DNA of 58,741 nt, the filler included, from Platydemus manokwari (lineage: Eukaryota), in NCBI GenBank assembly GCA_037951405.1. It is 5 parts of 5 records of this genome, joined end to end, with 100 filler letters (N's around TTAATTAATTAA, not from the genome) between each part and the next. Parts side by side here need not be neighbours in the genome. Positions count along the whole stretch, not along the records: positions 49,929 to 58,741 come from JBBMOY011345538.1; 4 more parts are not named here. One strand, 5' to 3'. A model generated the notes under the pieces. It was not told the origin of the DNA, made no database searches, and saw nothing but the letters and a program-made list of their open reading frames with translations. The stretch's first letter is position 1. Every line of letters begins with the position of its first letter. Positions 50,739 to 58,741 of the stretch are shown in pieces. Position numbers and translations under genes: made by a program.

Positions 50739-52949
50739 AATAAACAATGATAAACTATATAAAATATTGAAAGAAGAACAATTGTTAACGATTACATCTC
50801 GTCAGTCAACAAATACGGTGAATACTGAAACATCGATGAATAATGAATATATAAAAGAAGAAGATAATGAAAGATCGAGAAGAAAGAAAGCATTGATGGA
50901 AGGAATGAGAGGATTGATAAAACATGTGAATAAAGGAAAGAAGACTAAAATACAAAAGTTACCTCATTTGGAATCACATCAATATTATTTACTGGAATTC
51001 TTCAAAGATAGAGAAATAAAATGAGAAAGAAAATGTGTGAAATCTGAAGACGAATGTAATTTATCTGGAAGATCTTAGGTTAGTTTATTTGTAAAGATGA
51101 TATTATATTTAATTAATAAACATTCTATTATCATTTTCATTGGTATTTTCATTTCTATTGTTTTGTGCTTATGTTATTGGGTTCCCGAGTAATTCAGTTG
51201 AGCCTTGAAAGCATTTCAGGAACTACAACAATTTTGTAATTTTTTTAAAAGTTGGTGACATGTTTGGAAATGTTTAATAAAGCTTCTTGTTGAATGGCTG
51301 AAAATAAAGTGTTACCTCGCTCTTTATTGACTTATTTTCTGTGTGCATCCTTTTGTTCTTACTTACTACAAAAAATACCTTCTATTTATTTAATCTAATT
51401 ACCAGATATAAACGGTAATGGTTATTATTGTCTGCAAATTCCATATTTGCATTACTTCGTTAACCTTATTAATTTAATTTAACCTTTCTGATATTTTATT
51501 TTCAATGTCACGTTTTTAATTAATGGTAATTTAAGTCCATTTTGTTTAAGTATTATTTAATTTTTTTTTATATATTTGTTAATATTACTTGTTATCAAAT
51601 TGCAATTACTTGTTTATTCTTAATTGTTGCTTATTTTTGAACTCATCAATAATAATAGTGCTAATAATAATAATAATCAAAAATGAAAGATGAAAAAAAG
51701 GAATAAATTTAAGCGACAGTGTTAACGAATGTGTAGACAATACAACTCTACTAAAACGTTGACAAGAAATTACTTCTAACAAATCTGATACTTCACAAAC
51801 TCAAGGACCATTATTATTTTAAGATAATAGGGCTCATGACAAGTCAATTCCACCAAGTCAACCCCAATTATGGAATTTGGTAACAATTACATCATCGATA
51901 GACATCATTTACTCAAATTGTTTTCTTGTTTGATCCCATTTAGTGAGTCTTCGGTATCCCTCGTATTTTTTGTAGTCTATCAAACTCACATCTGTGTAGC
52001 ACAGCAGTTTATTTCGATAACAAGTATTTCGATTTTAGTCTAAAAACATGGGAATCCAATGTTTTTAATAAAAATCATAGAAAAATGTTTAAAGTTAAAA
52101 AATAAAGAAATATATAAGATGATATGATTTTCATTTGTCATGGAGTAAAAAATAATTTTTTAAATTTGTTTATTGTGGTGAAATTCCTCAATAACCAATC
52201 AATCAGAAGCAACATAGTGCGAAAATTATAATTTAGTAAAATACATTATATAACTCCAAATATGACTAACTCCAAATTTTCGGACATTGGCCAATCTCAG
52301 TCATGATAAATCAATAAATTCAGTTGGAATAGTAAAAAAAAATCATCGAAACACACACAAACTCCCGATTATATGTTACAATTCTGGATAAACCATTCCA
52401 AAAAGTGTCGTCACAAACTGAAACAAACAATGTGAATGATGTGTGAATATATTATGCATTATTTTTATAACAATATTTTAAAATTGATGTAAATGAAAAA
52501 TGCATGTTATTTATTGATTGTAAAAGAGATTGGAAATATTTTGTTTGATATTATTTTTATTTTATTATCATTATTAATGGGAAAAGTTTAGAGAGCAAAG
52601 ATATAAATTCCATTTAAATTTCGAACTAGAAAAAATAAACACACAGTATTAAAAGAAATCCAACTACTAGGAACTATCAAATAGAGTCCTATAGAAAAAT
52701 ATCCAAGTACAATAAAATAAATCGATACCCATAAATCGTTACCCATGAATTAAATCAATTAAAGACCCACAAACTGAAAAGTGACACAGCTAACAAGCAG
52801 CGTATCCAGAGAACAGTAACTATTTTTTAGAAACAATTTCTAGTGGCGTAACTGGGGGTCAACCACTGAAACAAATTCATTAACCGAAAACCCAGCATCC
52901 ATCCCATACAGCCATCTTGAATACAGTATATATAACGAAGGGGACATGA

Positions 52950-53250
52950 AAACGAGTCAATTGTGTTTTATATCTGTACCAATATTTTTGTCTATGATTT
53001 GTGAGGGAACTCTGATAATATATATTTCCGTATTCAAGTCTCAGTTAATTGATACATTTATTTTTTGGTAGATACATATATGTTTCTATGGTTCTGACTT
53101 TATTTCTCCCAAGAAGCTGCGACACGAAGTATCAGGACCACACTATCAGGAAACTGAATGTCTAAAGGTCAATTTTGTAATAATTCAAACTGACTAGGCC
53201 TTCCAGCTTAATGAAGATATTCGATTAATCGTGTTTAAGTTTAACTGACA
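52950..53250 (-). mobile_element. Possible CR1/L2-type LINE C-terminal remnant
   Basis: Minus strand LRLEYGNILSEFPHKS*TKILVQI (cf. RPxLEYxxxxWxPxxxxxIxxLExVQ). Confidence 0.3.
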
Positions 53251-54530
53251 AACTATCTGTACTCATGAACGAAATTATTGTTACAATTTTTATTATTTAT
53301 GAAAATGGAAAAGATACTAATAATGAAAAGCTGCAATGAATATAAAAAACTTTAGAAATACCCAGTGCACCACTCAAGTTGATTACTAGAAATCCATAAC
53401 TAAAGAAGAAAACAGTAGGAGAATTCATCAAAATGTGATTCATTAAAATTATTGAAGATGCAAGAGGGTATTGTTTATTTATAAATTTATCTAAGTTTTA
53501 TTTTTTATCATATAGGGGTTACAAATTATTAAACTTTCATTTATTTTATCAGAATTTGTAGTTATTGGGAAAATAATGTATTTCATATTTTGTTCCAGTG
53601 TTATGGAGATATTTAATTCTGTTTTTCTTATGTTGAGGTTCTAAAATGTGAATTATTTATTTGGCCGAACTTGTTCTAAATATTTCGGCTTTTCTGGAGA
53701 AAAGCAGATTCAGAATAAAAATATATTAAGAAAATTCCTTAGTAAGATGCAATACACAGTTATCAGATTTGGATACAGTTGAAGACAATCAAACAGAATT
53801 ATAATGTTGTTTAAATTTTATGTTGAGAAACATTTTATTTGGAGTCAATAAAAGTCTTCGATTTTAATGTCCTAATAAAAACTTCAGTTTCATGAATTAA
53901 ATGAATCATATCCATATGGGATATTCTGAAATCAAAGCCAAATGCAAATGGTGGTAATTATCAGGCCGTGGCACTGAATAAAACTGAATAAGTGAATTGT
54001 AGAAGTCGATTCAAGGTATTACCTGGTTTCGACATGTAATTTCCGTTGACATTACCAATGGTTCAATCATCATAAGCCTGGCAAACAAATGATACGTATC
54101 GATTTTTTTTAAACTAAAGTCTTCGAGAAATTAACTTTTAAAGAAATGTGCACAATGGAATAAATGATTACGGCATAATAATAATTCTATAACAAATAAA
54201 AATATAAATATTGATTTAAAAAATCAATAAACTTAAAAATGTATTTTAAAAATATGAAAATAAATCAATGGTTTTTAAGTATTTAATGAAATGAAAGTCA
54301 ATAAAAACAGAATGTTTGATCTCACAAAATACCGTTTATTAAAATAAACTATATAATCAATTGTTTGAACCAACAAAAGAGTATTAAATACTTTAATTAA
54401 TTTGACTTTAAATTTTTGAATTTTTTTTTTACTTTCATCTATTTTTGATCTTTTCATCTCATTTTCATTTTATTGATATTTATTATTTTAAAACTCATTC
54501 ATTCAATATTAACACTGCAATAATTTTATA

Positions 54531-57500
54531 ATGAGGTTATTGATGATCTGATTGATATCATTCTAATGACGAATTAATTTGTATAGCCATGGTGATTTTG
54601 AAATGTTTTTGGATTTTATAATTGCTGGTAAAAAGGACGAAGTCAAAGTTCATTTCAAGCCATATTATTTGGAAAAGAGAAATGTATGTTCGTAATTTGT
54701 TTGCTATGGTAACTTGGTGTAAATAATTTAATGATTTTTTGATTTATTATAATTATTAATCAAATTATTATTATTGCTTATTATTATTGATTGTCATTGA
54801 TTTAACGGTTTTTAAAAATTACAAATTAACTTGAAATATTAAATACTTATAAAGTATTGATTATATTTGATTACTTTGAAATTTATTGATCTTTTAAATA
54901 AATAATTATATTTTTATTTGTTAAAGAATTGTTATTATGTCTTTATCATTAATTATTATCATTCTTATTTATAATAATAATTATAATTTTACGAGATAAG
55001 TTGGTATTTAGTTTAAAAGTAATCATACCAGTTTCTCACGTTCCCTGGATAAATATGGGGGTGTTCGAATTCCGGTGAAGCACTGGAGCATATAAAAGTC
55101 TAAAAAATCGATATATTAATAATGTTTAATCAATAAATCTTCATATCACTAACAATGATTATTGATATTTTTATTATTATTGATTTTTTATGAAAATGTA
55201 CGAATCAAAGATTAAAATAAATATTTATTCATTTCACCTTTAAGGCTCATTCAATGACACCGTTACTATTGGCTACTCGTCATGGTCATCTGGAAATCAT
55301 TAATTTCCTTTATGGCCATCATTGTAATATCGAAGCATTTGATAAAGTAATTGATTGAAATGATCTCAAATTGTACTGGAAATATCATCTTTTATCATCC
55401 AGTCTGGTTGGAGATCGATCCATTATGCGTGCGATGGTGGTCACATTGAGATTGTGAAAATGTTGTGTAAAATTCGATGCAATATTAATGCTTATACGAA
55501 AGTTATTTAAATTAATTGAATGAAATATCCTGGACAATTCATTAATAATATCATAGGATAGTTGGAGACCGATTCATTTTGCTTGTAACAGGGGATATTT
55601 GGATGTAGTAGAACTGTTAATTGCTAATAAATGTAATATGGAATCATTTGATAAAGTAATTCCTTTAATATTTCTCCACACTAATTCAACCATGTAGCAT
55701 GGATGGAGGCCAATACATCATGCTTGTAGCAAGGGCCATTCGAATATCGTCAAGTTACTACTTGATAACGGTTGTGATGTTGAAGCGTGTGATAAAGTAT
55801 TTTATAAATTGTCAACGCGCAGTAGAGTTCGCCTAATCCTTATAGTTTCCAATCATAAATCTTATTCTGCATCAAATGTTCCTCGAAAATTGTCTTTGCA
55901 AACTTTTTAATATCAAAGCAATTAAGCTTTGTCGATATAAATTGCTTGATATCATCCATATCGAAAATCCATTTAAAAATAGTTTATTTTATATTCTGTG
56001 AATCAATATATCAATAATTGTGGTTAAATTTAAATTGATCGGATTGCTATAATATCATTTGGTAACTCTAGTTTGAATAATTGTGATTGGTGAGAGTAAC
56101 CAATCATAAATTTAGATAAATCTAAGATGTATCATTGGTTGGATTTGGTGATTAATTAATTTTTAATAGGTTTCCGATGTACTCGGTTACTCGCACATGA
56201 GAGACAAAATATTAACCAAGCTCGACTGCACTTTAATTTATTGAAATTAGCAAAATGTTCTGCCACATTAACACCCCTATTAAAATATTCAAATTATTAC
56301 AAGAGTTTTCTTGATTAGCCGAACTCTACTGTTAGTGTTTGGTGTGACCAGATAATTCTACACTTCATTCGAAATAAATTTTAAGATACAAGTACTTCAT
56401 TATTAGTTGATTGCTCATTATCATTATTCTGTCAGTGATGTTTAATTGGTTAAAATTCTTTTTCCGTGAGAATGGTCTATAATGACTTATCTAAATTTCC
56501 ATTCCATTTCTTTCAATTTTCTTATTTTGAAATTTCTTACTGAAAATTTAATTATCATTTCTTTTACTTATGATAAGTAACCGATCGTGGTTATAACACA
56601 CACAAGAGCTGATGGCATTATTTGGGTATTCAGAAAATATTACACATACCATCAGAATTAAAGTAGTTTTCAGTATATTTACAATGATTCATTATTCATC
56701 GAATTTAATATTTAAAATCGATATTAATTCTAAAAATAGTAATTTCCGCAATAACATGTTTTAAATTTAGATATGCGTAATTTATCAATTTGAATTAAAC
56801 AATTGCTATACTGGCACTGTACTTTCATACTTCTAATGATATCTTTAGTGATACTATCTGATGTTCTTGGGCCTTTACTAAAAATCGATTCTTACTTTAC
56901 CATAATTTCATAGGTGATCATTATAGTGAATTAGAAATAAATTTATTTCAAGTTGAGTAGGCACTTATCGGTCACATCAATCGATTAAATAATAATTTCT
57001 TAAACAATTTTCTAGTTTAATGAGCGACCCATTCATTTTGCTTGTGGAAATGGCTACTTGGATATCGTGACATTGTTACGTGATTATCAATGTGATTTGG
57101 AATCTTGCGATGAAGTTGCTTTCCAGTTTTTCACAAATTTAATTTTAATAAGACTTCATTTAGGAGGGTTGGCGACCTATCCATTATGCTTGTTTCCATG
57201 GATACACGTCAATTTGTAGACAATTACAACAATATCAATGTGATATGGAAGCGTGTGATAAAGTTTGAAATGGATTTCTTATTGATAAATAAACGATTTG
57301 GAATAAATTCTTTCAGTTTGAGTCTAGACCAATTCACCATGCTTGTAAAAAGGGCCATGTAGAGATTGTTAAATCATTATTTGGCCTTAAATGCAATATG
57401 GAAACGTCTGATAAAGTAAATAATATTCTGAGATTTTCGTTTTATTATTCAAAAATTGATATTAATGAATTAATGGGTGATGCATTGGCAATTTAAGCAT

Positions 57501-58314
57501 CATTTTATAACTTTTGCCATAAAGGATTTTGATATTTCTTTGAAATACGAGGGTGGAATGAAATATATTGATAAAACTCGGGCGAGGAATTTGGGCGTCC
57601 TGATAATAATAAGAATCAACTATTTTAGAATGGACGTCGACCAATACACATTGCCAGTCATTATGGGCATAGTGATATTGTGAAATTTCTCTCACATCAC
57701 CAAATCAACACAGAAGCTTGTGATAAGGTAACATCGTTATCCGATAATTGAAGGGGATAAATGAATCCGGTTTTCAGAATGGGTGGCGACCAATTCATCA
57801 TGGTTCCAGTGAAAACCGTATTGAAGTTGTAGAATTTTTATGCCAGAAACAATGCATCATCGAGGCGTGTGATCGAGTAAATGATTTGATAAAACATCGA
57901 TTGTTTGAGAAGAGAAATATTATTCTAGATTGGTTGGCGGCCGATTCATCATGCTTGTAGCAAGGGTTTTGTAGAAATAGTTAGAATATTGACAATGAAT
58001 GGTTGTAATATAGAAGCAGGAGATAAAGTATTTTATTGATAAATGTATTGGATTATCGGGTGATTGTGTAATGATTAGAATGGTTGGAAACCGATTCATC
58101 ATGCATGTCATCATGGCCATGTCGAAGTTGTGAAATTGTTGTTGTGTGAAAATAATTGCGACATCAAAGTGGTTGATAAAGTAATTTATGTCCTCATCCA
58201 GCTAATGAAACCAATGAAATGTTTCAGAGCAATAAATCACCGATTGATATGGCCAAAGAAAATGGCCACAATGCTATAATTGATCTAATAAACACCGAAT
58301 TGGATCAACGAAAG
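54531..58314 (+). CDS. Ankyrin-repeat protein, 11 repeats plus caps (3' end uncertain)
   Basis: Exons 54531-54535, 54587-54683, 55245-55346, 55403-55501, 55557-55655, 55698-55796, 57016-57114, 57164-57262, 57317-57415, 57629-57727, 57778-57876, 57929-58027, 58079-58180 and 58228-58314. All are GT-AG with an open frame throughout. Consensus xGWRPIHHACxxGHxEIVKxLxxxxCxxEACDK. Confidence 0.9.
55820..56331. mobile_element. Tigger/pogo-like MITE in the long ankyrin-gene intron
   Basis: TIRs CAGTAGAGTTCGCCTAATC (55820-55838) and GATTAGCCGAACTCTACTG (56313-56331), 18/19 match. The TA TSD is not preserved. Confidence 0.7.
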
Positions 58315-58447
58315 GTAAATTTGTGATTGGAAATATTATTTGCTCACTCGCGATATTTATTAGTAATCTTCATCTTTAGATGCTTTATGATTTCGATTTT
58401 CTTTAGTTTTGAGAGATTTTTCGAGAAATTTAATTAGGATTTTGAAT

Positions 58448-58555
58448 TAATAATAATAATAATTACAATAATAATAACGAAAATAATAATAATTCCATTT
58501 AATAATAATAATAATAAAAATGATAATAATAATTTCACTGAATATTAATAATAGT

Positions 58556-58588
<33 letters not shown>

Positions 58589-58648
58589 AATGATAACGAT
58601 AATAACAATAATAATTTCATTTAATAATGATAATAATAATAATAACGA
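58448..58648. repeat. Degenerate (AAT)n microsatellite
   Basis: About 200 bp of interrupted AAT units. Confidence 0.85.
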
Positions 58649-58741
58649 TTTCACTTAACATTGATATTGGGTCTATAACTTAATAACCGGAATTTGACAC
58701 CAGATGTAAACACTTGTGTGTGCTGTAGCAAATCATTAACA

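Noticed and set aside
50767-51024. 85-aa charged ORF after the GA tract
   Set aside because: TTG start, low complexity, and no domain or splice structure; cannot be supported as a gene.
55245-58180. Regularly spaced similar units as a CRISPR-like array
   Set aside because: The units are diverged coding exons with GT-AG introns, not identical repeats with unique spacers.

Overview
Very AT-rich eukaryotic (animal) draft-genome sequence with many 42-58 nt GT-AG introns. This resembles a planarian/triclad-type genome, but the taxon is inference only. The window is five contigs joined by artificial 100-bp spacers (N44-TTAATTAATTAA-N44), plus one ordinary N gap, so adjacency across spacers is not biological evidence. 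Three host genes can be modelled by hand. (1) A 3-exon C2H2 zinc-finger/AT-hook gene (+, 12983-14616). (2) A MAP1/futsch-like microtubule-associated protein gene (-, about 36219-26453) with a 7.3-kb repeat-rich exon. (3) An ankyrin-repeat gene (+, 54531-58314+) built from one-repeat-per-exon, phase-0 cassettes of 99-102 nt. The rest is mostly decayed mobile DNA: Ty3/Gypsy, LINE and Penelope-like remnants, several MITEs (hAT, Merlin, TTAA-flanked, Tigger-like), a Maverick/Polinton-type protein-primed PolB fragment, and a NeSL/R5-like RLE retroelement that has two tandem Ulp1-like protease domains but lacks its reverse transcriptase. The least explained feature is a ~7-kb same-strand, head-to-tail array (18.4-25.4 kb) of diverged Ulp1/C48-protease-like modules with no recognisable RT or transposase.
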